Shown piece after piece: positions 1 to 9,485 of a DNA stretch of 64,000 nt. The notes beneath the pieces are model-generated. The model was not told the origin of the DNA. It did not search any database and saw nothing but the letters and a program-made list of their open reading frames with translations. A program made the translations under genes and the position numbers. Numbering within the stretch: the first letter of the stretch is position 1; each line of letters opens with the position of its first letter. Source of the DNA: an uncultured Actinomycetota bacterium (GTDB taxonomy: Bacteria > Actinomycetota > Actinomycetes > Actinomycetales > Microbacteriaceae); contig CAWJWQ010000011.1 of assembly GCA_963846615.1 (NCBI GenBank), positions 173,140 through 237,139 of the forward strand. Reading direction: 5' to 3'.

Positions 1-3000
1 AGTCCGATGATCGACGGCACACCGAGCGGGATGCCGGATGCGAGCTGGAGCAGCACGGCGCCGGTCGCTGCGAACGGGATCGACACCAGCAGCAGCAGCG
101 GCTGACGCAGGCTCCGGAACGTCGCGACCATGATCGTGTAGACGATGAGGATCGCCGCCAGCAGAGCCAGGAACAGCTGCGAGAACGCGGACGACTGGTC
201 GGCGGTCACGCCGCCGAGTTCCGCGGTCGCACCGTCGGGCAGGTCGAGCTTGTCGAGCTCGGCCTGAAGCGTGGCCGAGGCCGTCCCGAGGTCGGCGGTC
301 TCGGGCGTCACGGTGACGGTGGCGCTGCGCACCCCGCGGATCGTCGTGACGCTCGACGGCCCCTCGACCTGCTCGACGGTGGCGATCGTCGACAGGGCGA
401 CGGGACCCTGCGCGCTGGGGACCTTGAAGGCGCGCAGCTCCTCGATCGTGGTGGGCGCGCGCGGGTCGGTGATGTAGATGTTCAGGGTCTTGGAGTCGAT
501 GATCACCGAACCGACCGAGGCGGGCAGCATCGAGTCCGCGACGATGCCGCCGACCGCCACCTCGCTCAGACCCACCTCAGCCGCGGCATCCCGATCGACG
601 TCGATCGCGATGTACGGGAGGGTCTCCGACAGATTGCTCTCCGCCTGCTGGGTCACGTCGAGCCCGCGCACCATGGTCAGGATGTCGTCGGCGGCCCCCT
701 GCAGGGACTCCTGATCCGGCGCCGAGATCTCGATCTCGATGTCGCTGGAGAATCCGCCTCCACCGCTGGACACCGAGACCTCGCCGACCTCGTCCCGGTC
801 GAGACCGTCGATCACGTCACTGACCTCCGACCGCAGCGCATCCTGGTCGGCATCGGGGTCGGTGGTGATCGAGAAGGAGGTGTCGCTGCCGCCGCCGAGC
901 AACACCGCGAAGGAGTTGCCGCTCGAGCCGACCGACACCTGTACGGTCTCGACGCCCTCGACATCGCTCAGTGCGTCCTCGACCGTCTGGGCCGCGGAGT
1001 CCGCCGCTTCGAGGCTCGTTCCGGCCGGCATCGACTGCGAGACCGAGAGGGTGTTCTGCCCGCTGTTGCTGATGAAGTTGGTAGGCAGCCTGGTCGCGAG
1101 GAATCCGCTGCCGGCCAGGATGAGCAGCGCGGCGACGAGGACGACGGCCGGCGCCCGCAGCGTCCAGCGGATGATCGGCAGGTACGCGCGCTGCAGTCGC
1201 GTCGGCCGGTCGAGCTCGTCCTCGGCGTCGGCACGGCGCACCTCGGGCGCGATCGAGCCCTGGGCGGCCCAGCGACGGTGCAGATCGAGGCGCGACCCGA
1301 GAGCGAGCAGACGGATGACGCCGACCACGGTGGCGATCGCCACCAGCGCGAGGGCGCCGAGTCCGATCAGCGCCGGGACGCCGAGCGCGTCTGGCAGGCT
1401 CGACGGGTCGGCCAGAACGGCAGCGAAGTCGATGTCGCCCGCGAGCAACCAGGCCCCGGCGCCGACGGCCGCCAGCACGACCAGCTCGACGACGATCAAC
1501 AGCACGGGGTACCGCAGGAACGGACGCAGCATCCCGCTCGACGCGATGCGCTCCTCCGCGGGCGTCAGCGACTCGGGCACCTCGGTGACGGGAGACCGGA
1601 GGAACCAGTACGCGAGCACCGGCACGATCGTGAGCGCGACGAAGAGCGACGCGGCGAGCGCGATCGTGATGGTCAGCGCGAACGGCCGGAAGAGCTCACC
1701 CGTGATGTCGGTCACGAGCGCCAGCGGCAGGAACACCGCCACCGTCGTGACCGTGGAGGCGGTGACCGCCACCGCGACCTCGCGCACCCCGGACTTGATG
1801 GCATCCAGCTTGCTCTCGCCGAGGCCCAGGTGACGCTTGATGTTCTCGATGACGACGATCGAGTCGTCGACGACCCGGCCGATCGCGATCGTGAGCGCGC
1901 CGAGGGTGAGCACGTTGAGCGAGTAGCCGAACGCGAGCATGCCGATGAAGGTGAGCAGGACCGAGACCGGGATCGAGACGGCGGTCACGATCGTCGAGCG
2001 CAACGAGATCAGGAAGACGAAGATGACGATCACCGCGAACAGCAGGCCGAGCAGGCCCTCCTGGGCGAGCGACTCGATCGACTGCTCGATGAACGGCGCC
2101 TGGTTGAAGACGACCGTGAACTCCGCGCCGTCACCGAGCGCCTCGGCGAGGCCGGGCAACGCGTCACGCACGGCGTTGGAGACCTCGACCGTGTTGCCGG
2201 CCGGGGTCTTGGTGATCGAGATGGTCAGCGACGGCTCGCCGTTCACGCGCGAGAAGCCGGTGACGGGCTCGTCCGCCACCACGACGTCCGCGACGTCGCC
2301 GATCGTCGTCACGGCGGAGCGAGACCGTCCCGTCCTCATCGATCACGGGGTCGGCCGAACCGCCGAGCAGCGGGATCGCTGCGATGTCCTCGGCCGAGGT
2401 CAGACGCGTGCCGCCCTGCACGATGAGCGTGCTGTCGCCCTCGGTGATGGTGCCCTCGGGCAGCAGCACGCCGTTGGCGTCGATCGCGTCGCGGATCGAC
2501 TGGTTGCTGAACCCGCCCTCGGCGAGCGCGTCGGTGTCGGGCGTGATCTCGATGCGCTTCGCGGTGGTGCCGAGCAGCGTCGCATCGCGGACGTCGTCGA
2601 TCTGCTGCAGGTCGCTGAGGGTCGACGCCTCGAGGCGTGCTGACAGGTCGTCCTGGTCGAGGTCGCTCGTCACCGCGACGACCAGGACCGGAAGGTCGGC
2701 GAGCGATCCCGGTGATCACCCGAGGGTCGACCGATTCCGGCAGCGTGCCGATGCGGTTGATCGCGAGCTGCACCTTCTGCTCGACCGACGTGAGGTCGGT
2801 GCCGTAGGCGAACGACGCGGAGACGCTGGACAGCCCAGAGGTCGAGGTCGCCGTGGTCGACTCGAGCCCCGGCACCCCGCGGATCGCCGACTCGATCGGA
2901 GTCGAGACGTCTGCCTCGACGACGTCGGGGCTCGCGCCCGGGTACTGGGTGACGACGACGAGCTGCGGCAGAGTGACCGACGGGAAGAGCTCCTGCTTGA

Positions 3001-3098
3001 GCGTCGTCAGCGCGATACGCGCCGAAGATGCCGACGACGATCGTCAGCAGGGCGATGAGCGCGCGGTTGCGCAGGCTGAAGACGGACAGCAGGTGCAC
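1..3098 (-). CDS. RND/MMPL-type efflux transporter permease (AcrB-like). The 3' end runs off the left edge. Frame breaks near 3020, 2700 and 2330.
   Basis: GTG at 3098 is preceded by GAGGAG. N-terminus reads VHLLSVFSLRNRALIALLTIVVGIFG. Loop text reads GLESTTATSTSGLSSVSASFAYGTDLTSVEQKVQLAINRIG. At the window edge the translation reads DQSSAFSQLFLALLAAILIVYTIMVATFRSLRQPLLLLVSIPFAATGAVLL. All of this is typical RND permease text. Confidence 0.85.
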
Positions 3099-3227
3099 GG
3101 GTCTCCTCGTGGTGAAGGGGGAAATTGGCACACCGCTGTGCACTCGCAGTTCAGTATCCCAACGGCGTCCGGCGGAACCGTACTCCCGTGGGATGAAAGC
3201 GCGCCAGGAAAACTGCCGGTGAGACGG

Positions 3228-4664
3228 CTAGACGACGGACGCGAGCTCCTCGTCGCCGACCGGCATCGGGGTGCGCGCGACATCGCCCCAGGCCGCCGTC
3301 GAGCGCGTCGACGGCGCGGTCGATCAGGTCGGCCGGATGACTGAACGGGATGCGGATGAAGCGCTCGAAGACGCCGTCGATGCCGAAGCGCGGGCCGGCC
3401 GCGATCACCAGACCGTGGTTGCGGGCGGCGAGCGCGAGCTGCGAGCTGACCGGGGCGCCGAGGTTCGCCCACACCGTCAGGCCGCCCTCGGCGTGCGGCA
3501 CCTTCCACTGCGGGAAGGCGCTCGGCGAGGCGGGCGACGAGGTGGTCGCGGCCGTCGCGCAGGTAGGCGCGACGGTCCTCGAGGATGCGGTCGTACTCGG
3601 GCAGCAGCTCGAGCAGGATGAGCTGCTCGAGGATCGGGGTGCCGAGGTCGAGCGCGAACCGCACGCGGGACGCGCGCTGGATGAGCTCGCGGTCGGCGCG
3701 GATCCAGCCGATCCGCAGGCCGCCCCAGACGGTCTTGCCGACCGACCCGACGGTGACGGCGCGGCCGGCGGTCGCGAACGGGGCACGGGCATCCTGACCG
3801 TCGAGGCCCAGCTCGCCCATCGTCTCGTCGACGACCAGCGTGGTGCCCTGGCGCGCGGCGAGGTCGACCGTGCGCTCGCGCAGCTCTGGCGACATCGAGC
3901 GACCGGTCGGGTTGTGGTAGTCGGGCATGAGGTAGCCGAGCGTCGGGACTGGTGCGCTGGAACGCCTGCTCGAGCGCGAGCTCGTCCCAGCCCTCGTCGG
4001 TCGTCACCGGCACCGGCACGAGCCGCGCGCCGCTCGCGCGCAGCGCCTCGAACGCGTGCGGGTAGCTCGGGGTCTCGACGAGCGCGCGGTCGCCGCGCGA
4101 CAGGAGGGTGCGGGCGAGCAGGCCGATCGCGTGCTGGGCGCCGATCGTGATCATGATCTCGTCGGCATCGGTCGGCAGGCCGCGCGCCGTGTAGCGGTCG
4201 GCGAGCGCCTGCCGCAGCACGCGCAGGCCGAGCGGGTCGAACCCGGACTCGCCGAGGAAGCGACGGCAGCAGTGCGGCGGCGCGCTCGGCCGCGGCCGCG
4301 ACCGCCGGCACCGCGGGCAGGGTGGCCTTGCTGAAGTCGAGGAGGTCGGGCGCGCCGACCGGGTCGGGCAGCGCCGGCGGGACCGCGCGACGGCAGGCGG
4401 ACGACACTCCCCGAGCCGCGCATGCTGTCGAGGTAGCCCGGATTCGCGCAGGTCGGCGTAGGCGGCGGAGACCGTGGTGCGGCTGAGACCGAGGTGCGGC
4501 GGCGAGCTCGCGTTCGGCGGGCAGGCGGGTGCCGAGCGGCGAGCCGGCCGTCGAGCACGAGCAGCCGGATCCGGTCGGCGAGCGCCGCATACGCGGGGCC
4601 GGTGACCGGAGGTGCGCCAGTTCTGGATGAGGGTGCCGAGTGCGCGAGCGGAGAGCGATGTCAC
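3228..4664 (-). CDS. MocR/PdxR-like GntR-family regulator with a PLP aminotransferase-fold domain. Several frame breaks.
   Basis: HTH text reads LGLSRTTVSAAYADLRESG. Aminotransferase text reads DADEIMITIGAQHAIGLLARTLLSRGDRALVETPSYPHAFEALRASGARLVPVPV and MPDYHNPTGRSMSPELRERTVDLAARQGTTLVVDETMGEL. The pieces are spread over ORFs 3477..4715, 3151..4590 and 3044..3928. Confidence 0.85.
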
Positions 4665-4680
4665 GCGAGCCACCCTACCC

Positions 4681-4741
4681 GGATTGGCCTCTTGTGAGAA
4701 GTCCAATTCCGCCATTGGATAGCCGCATGTCCGAATTGGCC
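4681..4741. promoter_or_regulatory. ATTGG/CCAAT repeat cluster in the MocR-YczE divergent intergenic region (candidate MocR operator)
   Basis: GGATTGGCC at 4681-4689 and GAATTGGCC at 4733-4741 form direct repeats. They flank the inverted pair CCAAT-N6-ATTGG at 4703-4718. Confidence 0.45.
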
Positions 4742-4767
4742 GCCTCGCCGCTTCCGCGGGCCCGCGC

Positions 4768-5409
4768 GTGATCTGGACGCGCCGGATCGCGCAGCTGCTG
4801 ATCGGCCTGTTCCTCTACGGCATCGCGATCGCGCTCATGGTGCGCGCCGGCATCGGCGTCTCGCCGTGGGACGTGCTCACCCAGGGCGTCTCGTCGTCCA
4901 GACCGGGCTGCCGTTCGGGCTGCGTCACCAACCTCATCGGCGTCGTCGTGCTGCTGCTGTGGATCCCGATCCGGCAGAGGCCCGGCGTCGGCACCGTGCT
5001 CAACGTGCTGCTGATCGGACCGAGCGCCCAGCTCGGGCTGTGGCTGATCCCGCAGCAGACCGTCCCCGTGGATCCAGGGCCTCGTGTTCGCCGCCGGCCT
5101 CGTGCTGCTGGCGATCGCGACCGGCCTCTACATCGGCGCACGCCTCGGCCCCGGCCCGCGCGACGGCCTGATGACCGGCCTGCACAAGCGCACCGGCTGG
5201 AAGATCTGGATCGTCCGCACCGCGCATCGAGGTGACCGTGCTCACGATCGGCTGGATCCTCGGCGGCCAGGTCGGCATCGGAACGCTCGCCTTCGCGCTG
5301 CTGATCGGCCCGATGGTCAACGTCACGCTGCCGCTGCTCGTCGTACCGTGGGCCCGCATCCGGCGGGCCCCGGAAGAACCCGACGAACCCGAAGGAGGTG
5401 ACCGCATGA
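4768..5409 (+). CDS. YczE-like integral membrane protein. About three frame breaks.
   Basis: N-terminal text reads MIWTRRIAQLLIGLFLYGIAIALMVRAGIGVSPWDVLTQGV. It continues in other frames as GLVLLAIATGLYIGARLGPGPRDGLMTGLHKRTGWKIWIVRT and LTIGWILGGQVGIGTLAFALLIGPMVNVTLPLL. The proposed end is the TGA of an ATGA overlap at 5406-5409. Confidence 0.7.
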
Positions 5410-5516
5410 TCGTCCTGATCGCCGCGGTCGCGCTGGCCGCCTGGGGCGTGATCGCCACCATCGTGAGCCGTCCCGCGACGGCTACCGCCGCATCCCGACG
5501 CACGATCGCTCGCTGA
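5406..5516 (+). CDS. Possible small single-pass membrane protein (36 aa as read)
   Basis: ATG at 5406 lies 7 nt after GGAGG. Translation reads MIVLIAAVALAAWGVIATIVSRP... The 3' frame is uncertain. Confidence 0.3.
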   Translation: MIVLIAAVALAAWGVIATIVSRPATATAASRRTIAR

Positions 5517-5569
5517 CCACCGAGAGCCCGCCCCCGATCGCTCCGGGGACGGGCTCTTCGCATGCGCTG

Positions 5570-6338
5570 CTACAGGTTGCGCTCGGCGAACTCCAGCATC
5601 GCGTCGCGCACGAAGGTCGCGCCTTCGACGCCGCCGTAGTTCTTCGCGAACCGGTCGTCGGCGACGTACATCTCGGCCAGGCCGGTGAAGTAGTCCTTCG
5701 ACGCGCGGCCGTCGGGCGTCCGCGGGGTACCCGGGATGCCGCTCAGCCAGTCGTACTGGCGCTGCGCGAGCGCCTGCGCCTCGTCGCTGTCGGGCGCGAC
5801 GCCGCTCGCGGCCGCGGCGATCCAGTCGTCGCCGAGCTCGGCCGCCGCGAGCATGAAGTCGTCCTTCCCGCTCTGCGACAGCGAGCTCCACCAGGCGTCG
5901 CTCTTCGCGTAGGCCTCCTTGCCCCAGCGCTGCTCGACCTCGTCCTTGTACTGCGTGTGGTCGAAGCCGTCGAACATCTTCTCTGCCATCGGTTTCTCAC
6001 CTCCTTCCAGTTCCGTGATGGTGCGCTCGACGCTGGCGCGTTGCCGCGCGATGCGCTCCTGTTCGTGAGTCGAGCCACTCGAGGTGCGTGCGCAGCGCGG
6101 CGCTGTCGTCGCGCTGCCCGGCCAGCACCTCGCCGATCGCGGGGATGCCGAGGCCGAGCTCGCGCAGCAGCAGCACGCGCTGCAGCCGCACCAGGGCGTC
6201 GGCGTCGTAGTAGCGGTACCCGTTGCCGCCGATGCGGCTCGGCTTCACGAGGCCGACGTCGTCGTAGTGACGCAGCGTGCGGCTCGTGGTGCCGGCCAGG
6301 CGCGCGATGTCCTGGATGCTCCAGTCCGGTCCTGCCAT
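5570..6338 (-). CDS. TipAL-like MerR-family regulator (MerR HTH plus TipAS effector domain). One frame break near 6070.
   Basis: N-terminal text reads MAGPDWSIQDIARLAGTTSRTLRHYDDVGLVKPSRIGGNGYRYYDADALVRLQRVLLLRELGLGI. C-terminal text reads MAEKMFDGFDHTQYKDEVEQRWGKEAYAKSDAWW...FAKNYGGVEGATFVRDAMLEFAERNL. The linker HEQERIARQRASVERTITELEGGEKP is readable in the shifted frame. Confidence 0.85.
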
Positions 6339-6370
6339 GGCTCTCTCCTTTCCGGATTCGACGCTACGGG

Positions 6371-6385
6371 TTGACGTTACGTCAA
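6371..6385. promoter_or_regulatory. Perfect 7-1-7 palindrome TTGACGT-T-ACGTCAA upstream of the MerR/TipAL gene (candidate MerR-type operator/promoter)
   Basis: Read directly from the sequence, 33-47 nt upstream of the ATG at 6338. It contains TTGAC on both strands. Confidence 0.55.
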
Positions 6386-6498
6386 GGTCAAGCGCGGCAT
6401 CGGTCGCATCGCGTGGACATCGTGGCGGCACCCGCCGTCCGGCCACTGGACTGCGAAACATCGCGAGTGCATCGATCGTGAGCAGTTGCGTACGGCAC

Positions 6499-6539
6499 TC
6501 GCGATATATCGTGACTTGACCACACGCGATATATCGCGT
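6499..6539. promoter_or_regulatory. Two copies of the AT-cored palindrome CGCGATATATCG(CG) upstream of the DUF4097-PadR operon (candidate PadR operators)
   Basis: TCGCGATATATCG lies at 6499-6511. The perfect 16-bp palindrome ACGCGATATATCGCGT lies at 6524-6539. Centre-to-centre distance is about 26 bp. Confidence 0.5.
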
Positions 6540-6563
6540 TCAGCGACACGGACGGAGGCCGAG

Positions 6564-7369
6564 ATGGCCCAGGAGAAATGGCTCGTCGACGGCCCCAAGA
6601 CGATCGACATCGACAGCGCCCGCACGCTCAAGGTCGGCCTCATCGGAGGGCAGATCGACATCGTCGCCCACGACGAGCCCGGCGTCCGCGTCGAGGTGCA
6701 CTCGGTCAGCGGCAAGGAGCTCAAGGTGAGCGTCGACGGCGACACCGTCGAGATCGACCACCCGCAGCTCGGCTGGGACAACTGGATCGACGTCTTCCGC
6801 TGCGTGGACCGGCAAGGCGCGCGCCGACGTCAGCGTCATGGTGCCCCGCGACATCCGGATCAAGCTCGGCGTCGTCAGCGCGACCGCGCTGCGTCAGCGG
6901 CGTGAACGAGGACGCCAGCCTCAGCACCGTCAGCGGCGACCTGGTCATCGACAGCGTCAGCGGCGACCTGTCGCTCAACACGGTCAGCGGCGAGATCACC
7001 GTCCGCAACCACAACGGCAAGATCGACGCGCACAGCGTCAGCGGCGACATCACCGCCGCCGGCACGGCTGCACTCGTTCTCCTCCGACAGCGTCAGCGGC
7101 GGCGTCATGCTCGACACCGCCGACATCGCCGACGAGATCAGGGTCAACACCGTCAGCGGCGCGCGTCACCGTGCGGCTCGAGGCCGACGTCCCCGCGTCG
7201 TACGCGCTCAACACCGTCGGCGGCAAGCTGCAGCTCGACGACGCCAGCATCACCGGCATCAAGGGCCGCTACACCGGCAAGTGGGGCGACGCTCGACAAG
7301 CGCTGGACCGACGTGCGCGTCAACACGGTCGGCGGCGACGTCAACGTGCTGCGCGCGGTGCAGGCATGA
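6564..7369 (+). CDS. DUF4097-like beta-strand-repeat protein. Several frame breaks.
   Basis: ATG at 6564 follows GGAGG. Text reads MAQEKWLVDGPKTIDIDSARTLKVGLIGGQIDIVAHDEPGVRVEVHSVSGKELKVSVDGDTVEIDH. The repeats VSGDLVIDSVSGDLSLNTVSGEITVRNHNGKIDAHSVSGDIT follow. The end reads VRVNTVGGDVNVLRAVQA. Confidence 0.75.
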
Positions 7370-7999
7370 GTCCGGCCGTCTTCGCGCACGGACACCTGCG
7401 GCTCTACCTGCTCAGCCTGCTGGCCGAGCGCTCGATGCACGGATACGAACTCATCCAGGCGCTGAGCGACCGGTTCGGCGGCACCTACGTCCCGAGCGCG
7501 GGCACCATCTACCCGCGGCTCGCGAAGCTCGAGGAGGAGGGGCTCGTGACCAAGGAGGCCGACGGCCGCAAGACCGTCTACGCCATCACCGACGCCGGCC
7601 GCGCCGAGCTCGACGCCGCGGTCCGGCGACCTCGACGGCATCGAGACCGAGCTCAGCGACTCGGTGCGCCGGCTCGCCGACGAGGTGCGCGCACCTCGGT
7701 CACCGACGCGATGAAGACGCTGCGCGCCGACCTCGCGGCGGCGGCGCGCGACGCGCGCGACGAGCGCCGAGGCGCAACGGCGTCGACGCAGTCGGCCGAC
7801 GCCAACGACCCCGCGTCCAGGCGCGCGCCCAGCTGCACGAGGCCGAGGCGGCGCTCGCCGAGTTCCGCGCCGAACTGCGCGCCGAGCTGCGCATCGACGC
7901 GCGCGCAGCACCGAGCTGCCCGCAGGAGGTCGTCGACCTGCTCACCGACGCGGCCTGCGCGACCTGCGTCGCGACGTGATCGCGGCACTGCGCCGCTAG
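7366..7999 (+). CDS. PadR-family transcriptional regulator with a C-terminal helical extension. Frame breaks after about 7625.
   Basis: ATGA overlap with the upstream gene. Text reads MSPAVFAHGHLRLYLLSLLAERSMHGYELIQALSDRFGGTYVPSAGTIYPRLAKLEEEGLVTKEADGRKTVYAITDAGRAELD. Confidence 0.85.
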
Positions 8000-8787
8000 G
8001 CGCGCAGCACGCCGACCACGGCGGTCGCCGTCGACCTCGTCGTCGTGCACGGCATGGGCGGTCGAGCCCGGCGCGCGCGCATCAGCGCGACGGTCGCCGG
8101 CGCCTGGCGGACGCTCGTCTCGATGAGCAGCGACGCCGCCCGGCGCCAGCCACTCGCGGCGCGCCGGCGATCACGCGGCGCTGCACGTCGAGCCCGTCGG
8201 CCCCGCCGTCGAGGGCGACGCAGCGGCTCGTGCTCGCGCGCCTCCGGCGGCATGCAGCGCGATCTCGGCGGTGGGGACGTACGGCGCGTTGGCGATCAGG
8301 ATGTCGACCCGGCCCGCGCAGGGCGGCCGGCAGCGCGTCGTAGAGATCGCCCTCGAACACCGCGGCTCGCCACGCGAGGTTGCGGCGGGCGACCGCGACC
8401 GCGGCCGGGATCGAGCTCGGCGGCGTACACCTCGGCGCCCGGCACCTCGGCGGCGAGCGCCGCGGCGACCGCCGCGACGCCCGCAGCACAGCTCGACGAC
8501 GACCGGTGCCCGGGCGCGGCGAGCGCCGACGCGCCTGCGACACCAGCACCTCGGTGCGGCGCCGCGGCACGAACACGCCCGGCGTGCGACCGCGACCCGC
8601 AGCGCCGCGGAACTCCGCCCAGCCGACGATCACCTCGAGCGGCTCGCCCGGCCACCCGGCGCGCGACCATCGACTCGAGCTCGCCGCATCCGCCGGCCGC
8701 CTCGAGCAGCAGCGCCGCCTCGTCTTCGGCGAAGACGCAGCCCGCCGCCCGCAGTCGCGCGACGACCGCGTCGGCGGCCGACGTCAT
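7996..8787 (-). CDS. HemK/PrmC-like protein N5-glutamine methyltransferase family protein. Frame breaks.
   Basis: Text reads MTSAADAVVARLRAAGCVFAEDEAALLLEAAGG, IVGWAEFRG, PGVFVPRRRTEVLV, AEVYAAELDP, AVAVARRNLA, VFEGDLYDALP and LDGGADGLDVQRRVIAGA. The fragments are spread over three frames. Confidence 0.7.
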
Positions 8788-9430
8788 CCGGCGAAGCCGA
8801 CCGGGATGTAGAGGTCCTGCACGCGGTCGCTCGCGGCGGTGTGGTCGTTGCGGGTGTAGATGGCGCAGGCGACCGCCGCGGCAGTCGACGTGGTCGTCGG
8901 CGCCGTCGGGCACCTCGAGGTAGGCGGTGAAGGTGCCGGCCTCGCGGTCGTCGTAGCTGCGGGCGCCGAACAGCTTCCACGCCCAGTCGTCGTTGATCCA
9001 GTTGCTCGGGGCGTACTGGATCGTGCCCTCCTCGACCGTCCTGCTCGCCGCCGCTCGGCACGCCGCCGAGGCACGGGCCCGGCTTCGTCGTCGGGTCGTC
9101 GGGGATCGCGCAGATCGCGACGTAGATGCCGCGCTCGGGGTCGTACCCGCTGCCGCTGACGACGAATCGGTCGCCGGGCGCGAGCGCGGAGGTGTCGAGC
9201 TCGCCGGTGCCGTCGACGGGCGGTGACCTCGATGGTGCGCTCGCGTCCGTCGTCGCCGGTCGCGGACGCGCGTGAGCGGCCACTCCTCGCCGGTCGGCTC
9301 CTGGTTCGAGAGCGCCCTGGTTCTGGTGCGTGAGGATCGGGACGGCGATGACCGCGACGACGGGACGAGGAGCGCGACGAGCGACGGCCGCGACGCCCCA
9401 CAGCCACCACCGCCGCCGCGTTGTCTCACA
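8784..9430 (-). CDS. Hypothetical membrane-anchored or secreted protein. Frame breaks; start uncertain.
   Basis: Text reads GTGELDTSALAPGDRFVVSGSGYDPERGIYVAICAIPDDPTTKPGPCLGGVPSGG and EGTIQYAPSNWINDDWAWKLFGARSYDDREAGTFTAYLEVPDGADDHVDC. The end reads AIYTRNDHTAASDRVQDLYIPVGFAG. ATGA overlap with the methyltransferase gene. Confidence 0.5.
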
Positions 9431-9485
9431 CCGCGCGATCCTAGAAGTTGACGGCGCGCCGCGCCGGGAGTACAGCTCATCCCTC

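Noticed and set aside
739-2643. Long plus-strand ORFs (739..1833, 1278..2426, 1939..2643) overlapping the RND permease region
   Set aside because: Their translations are Arg/Ala/Pro/Gly/Asp-rich low-complexity text, typical of off-frame or antisense reading in GC-rich DNA. The minus strand gives clear AcrB-like text.
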